Notes: generated by a model not told the origin, from the sequence alone. Counted from the first letter of the stretch, positions 1-8,762 are shown. The stretch: DNA of 64,000 bases from an uncultured Candidatus Saccharibacteria bacterium (GCA_964565615.1 CAZMFO010000001.1:19513-83512); one strand, 5' to 3'. Numbers and translations are program-made.

Positions 1-2244
1 CGGTCATCGGTAGAAAAACTGGGTAAAAGTGCCGGTACCGCAAGTGGCCCACTAAGTTTTATGCGAGGGGCAGATGCCTCGGCTGGCGCAATTAAGAGTG
101 GAGGCAAGACTCGTCGAGCAGCCAAGATGGTAATCTTAAATGCAGATCACCCAGATATTGAGGAGTTTATTTGGGCTAAAGCTATAGAAGAGCGTAAAGC
201 AAGAGTTTTGCAAGAGGCTGGATTTGATATGAGTCTGGACGGAAAGGACTCCTTTTCGGTGCAGTATCAAAATGCCAACAATTCTGTTCGGGTAACAGAT
301 GAGTTTATGCAAGCAGTCATAGATGATGCCGATTGGGATCTTAAAGCAGTTACTACTGGCAAAACGGTTAAAACTATCAAAGCTCGTAAACTTATGCGTC
401 AGTTTGCTGAAGCAACATGGGAATGCGCCGATCCCGGTATGCAATTCGATACAACTATCAATAAGTGGCATACCGCACCGAACGCTGGTCGTATTAATGC
501 ATCAAATCCGTGTAGCGAATATATGCATCTTGATAATTCAGCCTGTAATTTGGCCTCTATAAATTTGTTAAAGTATTTAAATAAAGACGGCAGTTTTGAC
601 ATAGAGGCATTTAAGCATACTGTTGAGGTAATGTTTACTTCTCAAGAGATACTAGTCGGTTATTCGGAGTATCCAACCGAAGGGATTGGTAAAAATGCTC
701 GCGCTTATAGAGAGTTAGGTTTGGGTTATGCTAACCTAGGGGCGTTATTGATGGCTCAGGGCCTACCGTATGACTCTGATGAGGGGCGTGCACAGGCATC
801 AGCAATAACAGCCTTGATGACTGGTCATGCTTACGCTACCAGTGCAAGAATTGCCCGAAGAGTTGGCCCTTATAGTGGGTTTCATAAAGATAGAGAAGCA
901 ATGTTAAATGTGCTTAAGATGCATCGTCAAGAGGTATCAAAAATAGATGCCAGCTTAGTGTCTGAAGAATTACTTAGCTCTGCTACAGAGTCGTGGGATG
1001 ATGCAGTTGAGCTGGGCAATATGTTTGGTGTTCGTAATTCACAAGCTAGTGTTTTGGCGCCAACAGGTACCATTGGCTTGATGATGGATTGTGATACAAC
1101 GGGTATTGAGCCTGATTTAGGACTCGTTAAAGTGAAGAAGTTGGTTGGTGGCGGAACAATGCACATTGTCAACCAAACTGTTCCACGCGCCTTAAAAACA
1201 TTAGGTTACAATAAATCACAGATTGACGCCATTGTCAGCTACATAGACGCCGAAAAGACGATTATTGGCGCACCGCATATTAAAAAAGAACATCTAGCAG
1301 TCTTTGCTTGTTCTATGGGCGACAACGCAATACATTATATGGGGCATGTAAAAATGATGGGGGCGGTTCAGCCGTTTCTTTCGGGGGCGATCAGTAAAAC
1401 CGTCAATATGCCGGAAGATGTAAGTGTTGAGGATGTTGAACAGTTGCATATTGAGTCATGGAGGCTTGGGCTAAAAGCAGTCGCTATTTATCGCGATAAC
1501 TGTAAGGTAGCTCAACCGCTATCAATGGCCAAGAAAGATACCGCTACTAAAAAAGACGAAGAAGAAAAACCAAGCCTAGTAATTCAGTCAAACGATGACA
1601 AAATTGTTGTTAAGGGGGCCGTAAGAAGAAAACTACCGAAAGTACGATCTAGTAAAACCTATCATTTTGAGATAGCTGATCTTGATGGCTATTTTACAGT
1701 TGGAGAATACGATGATGGCACACCAGGAGAGATATTTATTAACATCTCTAAGCAGGGTTCAACATTATCGGGATTGATGGACTCTTTTGCGATATCTATG
1801 AGTCATGGCTTGCAGTATGGCGTGCCTCTAAAGAGTTATGTTAAGACTTTACGCGGTACAAGTTTTGCCCCTGCGGGCATTACTGATGATGCGGATATTC
1901 GCACAGCTACCTCAATTACAGATTACATTGTTAGAAGATTGGCGCTTGATTATTTGCCGTTTGATGATCGTTTAGAGCTTGGCTTAGCCCTGATTGACGA
2001 TATGCCAGATCAGCAGACGACATTAATAAACGAGCCTATAGAGAGTTCGCCGAAAAATGTGCCTAATACTGTTGGCGAGTCGGTCAGCAGAGCAGTTAGC
2101 CAAGCGAAGCCCCTCATAAGTAGCCAACAGTCATCTGTAAATGATGATAATGCTCCACTTTGTTTTAATTGTGGCAATCAAACACAGCGTTCGGGCAGTT
2201 GTTATGTGTGCACCAGTTGTGGTAGTACCACAGGATGTAGCTAG
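1..2244 (+). CDS. nrdJ: Ribonucleotide reductase, adenosylcobalamin-dependent class II (NrdJ-like); 5' end lies outside the window
   Basis: Frame is open back to nt 1 with no upstream stop. NPCSEY active-site loop. C-terminal Cys cluster CFNCGN...CYVCTSCGSTTGC is typical of class II RNR tails. Confidence 0.7.
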   Translation, partial: RSSVEKLGKSAGTASGPLSFMRGADASAGAIKSGGKTRRAAKMVILNADHPDIEEFIWAKAIEERKARVLQEAGFDMSLDGKDSFSVQYQNANNSVRVTDEFMQAVIDDADWDLKAVTTGKTVKTIKARKLMRQFAEATWECADPGMQFDTTINKWHTAPNAGRINASNPCSEYMHLDNSACNLASINLLKYLNKDGSFDIEAFKHTVEVMFTSQEILVGYSEYPTEGIGKNARAYRELGLGYANLGALLMAQGLPYDSDEGRAQASAITALMTGHAYATSARIARRVGPYSGFHKDREAMLNVLKMHRQEVSKIDASLVSEELLSSATESWDDAVELGNMFGVRNSQASVLAPTGTIGLMMDCDTTGIEPDLGLVKVKKLVGGGTMHIVNQTVPRALKTLGYNKSQIDAIVSYIDAEKTIIGAPHIKKEHLAVFACSMGDNAIHYMGHVKMMGAVQPFLSGAISKTVNMPEDVSVEDVEQLHIESWRLGLKAVAIYRDNCKVAQPLSMAKKDTATKKDEEEKPSLVIQSNDDKIVVKGAVRRKLPKVRSSKTYHFEIADLDGYFTVGEYDDGTPGEIFINISKQGSTLSGLMDSFAISMSHGLQYGVPLKSYVKTLRGTSFAPAGITDDADIRTATSITDYIVRRLALDYLPFDDRLELGLALIDDMPDQQTTLINEPIESSPKNVPNTVGESVSRAVSQAKPLISSQQSSVNDDNAPLCFNCGNQTQRSGSCYVCTSCGSTTGCS

Positions 2245-2257
2245 GAGATATAAATAG

Positions 2258-2295
2258 TAAGGTTCGGTGTCTGGGTATAGTCGCTCCGAACCTTA
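2258..2295 (+). terminator. Perfect 10-bp stem (TAAGGTTCGG / CCGAACCTTA) with an 18-nt loop just after the nrdJ stop; no U-tract follows
   Basis: Inverted repeat read directly. It ends 3 nt before the ATG of the next ORF. Confidence 0.3.
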
Positions 2296-2298
2296 CAG

Positions 2299-2601
2299 AT
2301 GATTACAATCAACTGTGGTACACTAAACTGTATGAGATTGCTTGTGCTTTATCGGCCTAATTCAGAATTTGCTCGTGGAGTTGAACGGTATGTACGCGAG
2401 TTTCACAACCGTACAGGTAAAGACATAGAGTTATTGAATATTGATACTCCAGATGGAGTCTCAAAAATGAGGCTATACGATATATTAGACCATCCAACTT
2501 TTTTGGCATTAGATAGCAGTGGGTCATTGTTGCAGAAATGGACTGGAAATCCATTGCCGTTGATCAACGAACTTTCAGCATACGGCGAAGTTAAGCAATA
2601 A
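2299..2601 (+). CDS. Hypothetical small protein, possibly thioredoxin/glutaredoxin-fold-like without a CxxC
   Basis: 100-aa ORF with no Shine-Dalgarno; its start abuts the upstream hairpin. Weak resemblance to an NrdH/glutaredoxin layout (LVLYRPNSEFARGVERYV ... LNIDTPDG) but redox cysteines are absent. Codon usage is coding-like. Confidence 0.3.
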   Translation: MITINCGTLNCMRLLVLYRPNSEFARGVERYVREFHNRTGKDIELLNIDTPDGVSKMRLYDILDHPTFLALDSSGSLLQKWTGNPLPLINELSAYGEVKQ

Positions 2602-2654
2602 ATTTGTTAATAGTCCCTGTTTACTATAAGATATTAATGTAAAGGCGTTCCATT

Positions 2655-2830
2655 TATGGATGAGTGGCTATCAACCACGAAGCTAGTGAGAAGAAAGCCG
2701 ATCGGCAAGTAGACCTCACCGGGCAAGCCCGTAATAGCCGTAAGTAAGAGCTAAAAAAGTGATCAGCACTTCTTTTAGAAATCGGATGGTACCGTCCTAG
2801 CGCGCTGGGATTCCGATAGCTAAAAGGAGT
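2655..2830 (+). promoter_or_regulatory. Candidate structured cis-regulatory leader, T-box-like and possibly Ile-specific, with SD-sequestering potential
   Basis: About 230 nt noncoding with nested helices (GGCTAT 2666-71 / ATAGCC 2734-39; GTGAG / CTCAC). 4-bp stem GTGG/CCAC (2664-2678) presents the loop CUAUCAA containing AUC-A. AGUGAGA at 2685-91. CCGUAA twice (2729-34, 2738-43). AAUCGGA-UGGUACC-GU...UCCGAU (2779-2817) resembles the T-box antiterminator: helix plus 7-nt UGGNACC bulge. CACUUCUUUU (2767-76) is complementary to SD AAAAGGAGUG (2822-31) and also to AAAAAAGUG (2753-61). Confidence 0.3.
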
Positions 2831-2846
2831 GCTTTTAATACAAAAT

Positions 2847-3455
2847 ATGGCTGTAGATAGAAGAAAACGAATTTTGATATATGGCGATTCCAATACATGG
2901 GGTCAAATGAACTTCGACGGACGTTATCCAGAAGAGAAGCAATGGTGTTGGATTCTTCAAGACAAACTCGGAGATTATTATCGTGTTGTTCAGGAGGGAT
3001 TGCCGGCGCGTGTTGCGGGAGCGTTTGAAACAAAAAAGCCAGAACTAAACGGCAGGGTGTCATTTGAGGTTGCGTATCGCACCGCATTACCTTTAGATTT
3101 TGTAATAGTTGCGCTAGGCACAAACGATCTTAAAGAGCGATACGCCAGATCGGCTTCACAGATTGTTGATGATATACTCTGGTATAAAGAGAAGATCAAA
3201 AAGATCAAAGACACAATGATTGTGAAGGTCCCAAAAGTTATATTTATTGCACCACCAAATTTTGTAAGTAAAGATGAATATTTTCAGGCAGATGAAGTAA
3301 AACGACAAGAAGTAATCATTGGCTTGCGACAAAAAGAACAATCTGTCATCGCTTTTAACGACCTTAAGCTAACTGATGACGGTGTTCATTTTTCAGAAAA
3401 TGCTCATCAAGTCGTTGCAGAAGAAATACATAAAGTAATCGAGGAGAGATGGTGA
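2847..3455 (+). CDS. SGNH/GDSL-family hydrolase (lipase/esterase-like)
   Basis: ILIYGDSNTWG (block I with Ser), GTNDL (block III), DGVHFS (block V DxxH). Start taken at ATG 2847; the track's GTG at 2829 overlaps the SD. Confidence 0.75.
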   Translation: MAVDRRKRILIYGDSNTWGQMNFDGRYPEEKQWCWILQDKLGDYYRVVQEGLPARVAGAFETKKPELNGRVSFEVAYRTALPLDFVIVALGTNDLKERYARSASQIVDDILWYKEKIKKIKDTMIVKVPKVIFIAPPNFVSKDEYFQADEVKRQEVIIGLRQKEQSVIAFNDLKLTDDGVHFSENAHQVVAEEIHKVIEERW

Positions 3456-3483
3456 GTTTATTAATAAAAAAAGGAGTCGTGAA

Positions 3484-3876
3484 ATGGCATTAATAAAAGT
3501 GTACACACTAGAACAGAATAAGGAATATTTACATAAAAGTGTTGCAAATACGGTTAAGCTGATAGGAGCAGCTGCGTTGAATGTCGATGAGTTGCCAACG
3601 ACGCCAGAAAATATTGAGATTGTTTATGGTGAGGGAATAGATCTGGTAGGCATAGACTTTATATTAGAGGTTATTGCCGTCAAGAGGCAAAATCAACAAG
3701 ATATTGCTAGGTCGATGATAAGAGGGCTAGGCGAGGTATTTCCAAATAAACTATTTAGCATATATTTTAACAATATATCAGAGTCAGGAATGGCTAATAC
3801 CCCTAGAGCTACAAGTTCTTCTACTCCAATAACTATGGAGGAGGCGATAATGCGTAGTAGAAGGGAGGAAATATGA
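3484..3876 (+). CDS. Hypothetical protein (130 aa)
   Basis: Strong SD AAAGGAG 7 nt upstream. Its stop overlaps the ATG of ileS-start copy A (ATGA), implying an ancestral coupled junction with ileS. Confidence 0.55.
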   Translation: MALIKVYTLEQNKEYLHKSVANTVKLIGAAALNVDELPTTPENIEIVYGEGIDLVGIDFILEVIAVKRQNQQDIARSMIRGLGEVFPNKLFSIYFNNISESGMANTPRATSSSTPITMEEAIMRSRREEI

Positions 3877-3932
3877 AGTTTAAGCACGGAACAAGGCGTA
3901 GGGCGTTAGAATACGAAAAAGATTGGGCGAAG
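3861..3932 (+). repeat. Direct repeat copy A: duplicated SD plus first 20 codons of ileS
   Basis: 3873-3932 matches 4438-4497 at 58/60 nt. The upstream AGGAGGAA SD-like segment is also shared. Confidence 0.9.
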
Positions 3933-3980
3933 ACTCGTCCTAGGGAAAAATATGGCACAGCGAATAATCATACCTACTGA
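3873..3980 (+). pseudogene. Remnant 5' fragment of ileS (MKFKHGTRRRALEYEKDWAK + 15 unrelated codons, then stop); potentially a translated 35-aa leader peptide
   Basis: First 20 codons are identical to the IleRS N-terminus, then the sequence diverges. It overlaps the start of the nuclease ORF by 29 nt. Confidence 0.5.
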
Positions 3981-4329
3981 TATAAATCCACGACCAGAGC
4001 GTTTTGAGATTGAGGCTGCGAGTATTGTAGCGGAATATTTTGGTGTAGATGCAACTTTTCTTGTTAGAAAAAATGGAAGTACTCCAGACTGCGAAATCAA
4101 TGGCATAGAATGGGAGATAAAAAGTCCATTAGGTCGAGACAAGCATGTGATTGAAAATCAAATAAAACGCGCCTCTAGACAATCACTTTATATCATTATT
4201 GATGCAAGACATTGTAGGTTGCATATCGCTAAGATTCGCTCGCATTTGAAGCATAATGTATCTTTAAGAAAACATCTTAAGAGCGTGTTACTTATTAATA
4301 AGCATGGAAGTGTTGAGGTTATCAAATGA
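3952..4329 (+). CDS. Small PD-(D/E)xK nuclease-fold protein, Hjc / restriction-endonuclease-like
   Basis: PERFEIEAASIVAEYFGVDATFLVRKNGSTPDCEINGIEWEIKSP gives E...PD...ExK in Hjc-like spacing (ER ... GxxV.R..GS.PD ... ExKS). 125 aa. Lies between the two ileS-start repeats. Confidence 0.5.
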   Translation: MAQRIIIPTDINPRPERFEIEAASIVAEYFGVDATFLVRKNGSTPDCEINGIEWEIKSPLGRDKHVIENQIKRASRQSLYIIIDARHCRLHIAKIRSHLKHNVSLRKHLKSVLLINKHGSVEVIK

Positions 4330-4348
4330 AAGTATATCTAAAAAAAGG

Positions 4349-4383
4349 AACCGATGCTGTGCATATTCATCACTGCATCGGTT
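4349..4383 (+). terminator. Hairpin (AACCGATGC...GCATCGGTT, 9-bp stem plus 3 more pairs) downstream of the nuclease ORF; weak U-tract
   Basis: Inverted repeat read directly. Confidence 0.3.
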
Positions 4384-4423
4384 CGCTGTTACGAATTATA
4401 TCAAACAAAAGTGTAAAAGTCAA

Positions 4424-4497
4424 TCAAGGAGGAAGTGATGAAGTTTAAGCACGGAACAAGGCGTAGGGCACTAGAATACGAAAAAGATTGGGCGAAG
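4424..4497 (+). repeat. Direct repeat copy B: functional SD plus start of ileS
   Basis: See copy A. Confidence 0.9.
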
Positions 4498-7335
4498 CGT
4501 TGGAAGGAAAACAAAACTTTTGAAAAGTCTGTAGACCAGCGCCCAGAAGACAACAAATGGGTGTTTTATGATGGCCCGCCATTTTTGACCGGTACACCAC
4601 ATCACGGACATTTGCTGGTATCAACAGTAAAAGATACTATGGGTCGATACCACACTATGAAAGGCCAGCGAGTTGAAAGACGATGGGGCTGGGATTGTCA
4701 TGGTTTGCCGGCTGAAGTCTTTGTTGAAAAACAGCTTGGTATCAAGAATAAAAAAGAAATTGGCACCAAAATTAGCATTTCTGAATATGTTAAACAATGT
4801 CGTTCGGCTATGGTAAAAACTGGTACGGAGTGGGAGGACACGATTGAGCGTCTGGGTCGCTGGGTTGAGTTTGAAGGCGCCTACAAAACCATGGACAAAG
4901 AGTACATGGAGAGTGTTTGGTGGGCGTTTAAGGAACTTTACGATAACGGCAAAATCTATGAGGGCGAAAAGATTTTGGTATATTGCACCAAAGATGCAAC
5001 ACCAATTAGCAAGTCCGAAGTAGCTATGGAAAACAGCTATCAAATGGATACGGACCCGAGCGTTTATGTATATTTCAAATTAGAAGATAGTGTCTCAAGT
5101 GAGCAGGCTACTGACGATCAGACTTACATGCTAGCATGGACAACTACACCATGGACACTTCCGGCCAATGTGGCAGTGGCTGTCAATCCAAAGATTGAGT
5201 ATTCTTTGATCGAGCACGAGGGCAAGAAGTTTTATGTTGCTACCGAGGCTGTAGAGCGGGTAATGCAAGACGCCAAGAAACAACCTTTAGATTATAAGTT
5301 GCTTAAAAAGATAAAAGGCAAAGAGCTTGTTGGTAAAAGATACGAGCCATTGTTTGAGAACCACGGCCCAGATGCTCATAGAGTGCTTTTGGCTGATTTT
5401 GTAACAGCAACTGATGGAACTGGTTTGGTTCACGAAGCGCCGGCCTATGGTGAAGAAGATTATGAGCTTTGCAAAAAAGAGGGAGTACCGGTTGTTTCGA
5501 TTGTAGACGAAAATGGCATCTATACCTCCGGCCGTTGGCTAGGTGAAAATATCTGGGAAATCAACAAAACTATCGCCAAGACTCTGGTGGAAGAGGGCAA
5601 GGCGCTTAAGGTTGAGTATATTCGGCATGAGTATCCGCATTGTCATCGTTGTGGCACCAAGTTGATGTATCGGGCGCACCCGAGTTGGTTTATGGATATT
5701 CAATCGCAAAAGAAAGAAATGCTAGAGGAAAACGCCAAGACCAATTGGGTGCCAGACAATCTACGCACTGGGCGGTTTCATAACATCATTGAACAAGCTC
5801 CAGATTGGAACTTATCTCGTGATCGCTATTGGGCAACGCCAATCCCTGTTTGGAGAGGTGAGCGCAACGATGGAACTGAGGTTATTAAGGTTTTTGGTAG
5901 CTATCAAGAATTTGAAGAGTTTACCGGCAAGTACATGGATGACTATCACTTGCCAGAAGTGATGAATGTCACCTTTGAGTTGGATGGTGTGCAGATGCAT
6001 CACATTGGCAAAGTTTTGGATTGTTGGTTTGAAAGTGGCTCAATGCCGTTTGCTCAATTCCACTATCCGTTTGAAAACAAGGCCAAGTTTGAGAGTATGT
6101 TCCCGGCAGATTTTATTATTGAGGCCATTGATCAGACTCGCGGATGGTTTTATAGCCTGATGGCAGTCAATGTTGGACTGTTTGGCAAGGCTCCATGGAA
6201 GAACTTGATCTGTACGGGGTTTATCAATGCGTCAGATGGTAAGAAAATGAGTAAAAAGCTCAAAAACTACACTAATCCGATGGATTTGATAGATCAATAT
6301 TCAGCAGATAGTTTTAGGTTTTTGATGCTTTCTAGTCCTCTAACTAATGGGGAAAACTTTAGTTTAGCTGATAAAGATGTCGGCGTAATTGCCAGAAAAC
6401 TTAGCATGGTTTGGAATATGTACGATTTCTTTACTATGTATGCCGAAGTTGACGGCTGGGAGTTTGATCCAACTAAACCATTTGGGTTAGACCCAAATAA
6501 GCTAGATAATTCGCTTGATGCCTGGATAGTTTCGAGGCTACATCAGCTGAATAAAGAAGTTACCGAGCAATTGGATAGTTATGATATAGCAAAAGCAATC
6601 GAGCCAATTTTACCATTTGTTGATGATGCATCTAACTGGTATGTAAGGCGAAGTCGCCGTCGTTTTTGGAAGAGTGAGGACGATGACGATAAATCAGATG
6701 CTTACAGGACATTGCATTATGTTTTATTAAAACTTGCAGTTATTCTAGCGCCATTTACGCCTTTTCTAGCAGAAGAACTGTATCAAAAACTTGGCGGAGG
6801 GGTAGAGTCGGTGCATTTGCTGGATTGGCCAGCAAATTATTCTGTTGATCAGACCATTTTGGACGAGATGGCAACTGTGCGTAAGTATATCAACGATGGT
6901 TTGGGCCAACGAGCCGAAGCTGGTATCAAGGTGCGTCAACCATTACTTAGCGTCAAGATACCCGGTATGGGTAAAAAGGTTGGTTTTGGGTCAATCCTGA
7001 TGGACGAACTTAATGTTAAGCAGGTTGTTGTTGGGAAAGAAGTAGCAATCGACACCAAGATTACAAAAGAGCTTAAACAAGAAGGCCTAATGCGTGAAGT
7101 AATTAGGCTTGTACAAAATGCTCGCAAGCAGGCCGAACTTAATGTAGATGAGCGTATTAACCTTAGCTTGCTAACTAACGATAAAGATCTAAAAGAAGCA
7201 ATACAGCAATATAGTCAGATTATAAAAACCGAAACCTTGGCTACTAATCTTTCTGTTGATAAAATTACAGATAATCACAATAAATTAAGTATAGATGGGG
7301 CAGAAATAGCCATAATGATAAAAGTAAATAAATAA
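4438..7335 (+). CDS. ileS: Isoleucyl-tRNA synthetase
   Basis: HIGH motif PHHGHLL, KMSKS motif KMSKKL, editing domain region. 965 aa. SD AAGGAGGA 5 nt upstream of ATG 4438. Confidence 0.95.
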   Translation: MKFKHGTRRRALEYEKDWAKRWKENKTFEKSVDQRPEDNKWVFYDGPPFLTGTPHHGHLLVSTVKDTMGRYHTMKGQRVERRWGWDCHGLPAEVFVEKQLGIKNKKEIGTKISISEYVKQCRSAMVKTGTEWEDTIERLGRWVEFEGAYKTMDKEYMESVWWAFKELYDNGKIYEGEKILVYCTKDATPISKSEVAMENSYQMDTDPSVYVYFKLEDSVSSEQATDDQTYMLAWTTTPWTLPANVAVAVNPKIEYSLIEHEGKKFYVATEAVERVMQDAKKQPLDYKLLKKIKGKELVGKRYEPLFENHGPDAHRVLLADFVTATDGTGLVHEAPAYGEEDYELCKKEGVPVVSIVDENGIYTSGRWLGENIWEINKTIAKTLVEEGKALKVEYIRHEYPHCHRCGTKLMYRAHPSWFMDIQSQKKEMLEENAKTNWVPDNLRTGRFHNIIEQAPDWNLSRDRYWATPIPVWRGERNDGTEVIKVFGSYQEFEEFTGKYMDDYHLPEVMNVTFELDGVQMHHIGKVLDCWFESGSMPFAQFHYPFENKAKFESMFPADFIIEAIDQTRGWFYSLMAVNVGLFGKAPWKNLICTGFINASDGKKMSKKLKNYTNPMDLIDQYSADSFRFLMLSSPLTNGENFSLADKDVGVIARKLSMVWNMYDFFTMYAEVDGWEFDPTKPFGLDPNKLDNSLDAWIVSRLHQLNKEVTEQLDSYDIAKAIEPILPFVDDASNWYVRRSRRRFWKSEDDDDKSDAYRTLHYVLLKLAVILAPFTPFLAEELYQKLGGGVESVHLLDWPANYSVDQTILDEMATVRKYINDGLGQRAEAGIKVRQPLLSVKIPGMGKKVGFGSILMDELNVKQVVVGKEVAIDTKITKELKQEGLMREVIRLVQNARKQAELNVDERINLSLLTNDKDLKEAIQQYSQIIKTETLATNLSVDKITDNHNKLSIDGAEIAIMIKVNK

Positions 7336-7413
7336 AGTCTTTACACAACAGGGGTAATTTGCTACACTTACTTGAGTAACTTTATTTTAAAGAATGGAAA
7401 ATACGAGAAATAT

Positions 7414-7725
7414 ATGAAGAAGGCAGTAATTGCCAGCGGCGGCAAGCAGTATTTAGTAACCGAAGGCGAAACTCTAGAAGTAGAACGCATCAAAGACGCA
7501 AAAGATAAATTAACTTTTGTGCCATTATTGGTAATTGATGGAGAAAAGGTTCTAGTCGGTACTCCAGAAGTAGAAGGCGCCAAAGTTAATGCCAAGATAG
7601 TTGAAGAATTAAAGGCAGACAAGGTTACTTCTATTCGTTATAAAGCCAAAAAACGCGTTAAAAAGGTGCGTGGTCATCGACAAATCAAAACTCGCATTTC
7701 TATTGAAAAAATCTCCACCAAGTAG
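7414..7725 (+). CDS. rplU: 50S ribosomal protein L21
   Basis: MKKAVIASGGKQYLV matches the L21 N-terminus. 103 aa from the internal ATG; the track's TTG start at 7372 is unlikely. Confidence 0.85.
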   Translation: MKKAVIASGGKQYLVTEGETLEVERIKDAKDKLTFVPLLVIDGEKVLVGTPEVEGAKVNAKIVEELKADKVTSIRYKAKKRVKKVRGHRQIKTRISIEKISTK

Positions 7726-7746
7726 ACTACAGCAGGGTATTTGTAT

Positions 7747-7775
7747 TTGACTAAAGTGCAATACTATACTATAAT
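7747..7775 (+). promoter_or_regulatory. Consensus sigma-70 promoter (TTGACT - 17 nt - TATAAT) ending 6 nt before the sigma-factor ATG; predicts a leaderless mRNA
   Basis: -35 at 7747-52 and -10 at 7770-75, read directly. Confidence 0.45.
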
Positions 7776-7781
7776 AGTATT

Positions 7782-8762
7782 ATGTTTGATGCAGAAAATA
7801 CCCCTGAAATTATTAGGGAGCATATGGAGTCCGACGAATATCAAGAGGGACTTATTCGAGACATAGAACTAACTAATAGAATAAAGGCTGGCTATACTCA
7901 GGCGGAGCCAACTGATGAAAATCCTAACCCAAAAATTGACGAGGGTATTTTAGATGATGATGCACGCGAGGCTTTGAGCGAGCTGAGTGGGGTTTACCAA
8001 CCATTAATGCGTAAAATACTAAACAAAGAATACCGCAAAGCAAAACAAGCCTCGCCTATGATTAGTAAAGATGATTTAGAGCAAGAAGCGTTCTGTGGAT
8101 TATTTAGAGCATCTTTAGCATGGGACCCGGAAAGAGGAAATGGTAGCTTTACTAGTTATGCTAGGCAATCCATTTGGGGTAGTGTTCGCAGATATGTTGA
8201 CGAAGTTAAAGGGGCGGTCAGGGTCCCCGCTTTGATGAGGAACAAGATTGATAGGGCAAGGAATACCTATTGGTCTATTTATGGCACAGAAGAACATTTA
8301 CCCATGAGAGAGCGTTTAGCTACAGCACTAGGCACTTCAATAGAGTGGGTAGTTGAGATTATGCAAGTTGAGGCTATGACTGATCAGATGGGTTCAATAG
8401 ATCAGGGCTACTTTAGGGACGATCGCGATCAACATAGTACTTACGGTAAGGGCGAAGGACTATGGCATCCAATTGATCCATCAGCTAGCGAAATGCAAAC
8501 TGTTGAAGAAGGGTTGATAATCAGTGAAATTAAACGGGTTGTTAACTCGGTGTTGGATGAAGCTAAAGGAGAAGGATTAACAGACCGACATATGAAAGTT
8601 ATTCAGATGAGATTTTTACGACCTGACAATGAAAGATTAACTTTAGAAGAAACGGGCAGGGTTTTAGGCATTACTAGAGAGAGTGCGCGTCAAATTGAAG
8701 CAAAAGCCTTAGCCAAACTTAGACATCCAAGAGTTAGGGATAAGTTAGAAGCATTATTGTAA
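7782..8762 (+). CDS. RNA polymerase sigma-70 family factor (RpoD/SigA-like; regions 2, 3 and 4 recognizable)
   Basis: Region 2 LEQEAFCGLFRASLAWDPERGNGSFTSYARQSIWGSVRRYV. Region 4 HTH LTLEETGRVLGITRESARQIEAKALAKLRHP. Confidence 0.8.
   Translation: MFDAENTPEIIREHMESDEYQEGLIRDIELTNRIKAGYTQAEPTDENPNPKIDEGILDDDAREALSELSGVYQPLMRKILNKEYRKAKQASPMISKDDLEQEAFCGLFRASLAWDPERGNGSFTSYARQSIWGSVRRYVDEVKGAVRVPALMRNKIDRARNTYWSIYGTEEHLPMRERLATALGTSIEWVVEIMQVEAMTDQMGSIDQGYFRDDRDQHSTYGKGEGLWHPIDPSASEMQTVEEGLIISEIKRVVNSVLDEAKGEGLTDRHMKVIQMRFLRPDNERLTLEETGRVLGITRESARQIEAKALAKLRHPRVRDKLEALL

Noticed and set aside
2602-2846. Tested this leader against other riboswitch classes (cobalamin, TPP, SAM, FMN, purine, glycine, ZTP, c-di-GMP) by looking for their hallmark conserved boxes
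   Set aside because: None of the diagnostic boxes are present. Only T-box-like elements were found, and those only tentatively.
3484-3876. Considered calling the 130-aa protein a tautomerase-fold enzyme (MALIKVYT... N-terminus)
   Set aside because: It has Ala, not the catalytic Pro1, and no other supporting motif, so it is left as hypothetical.
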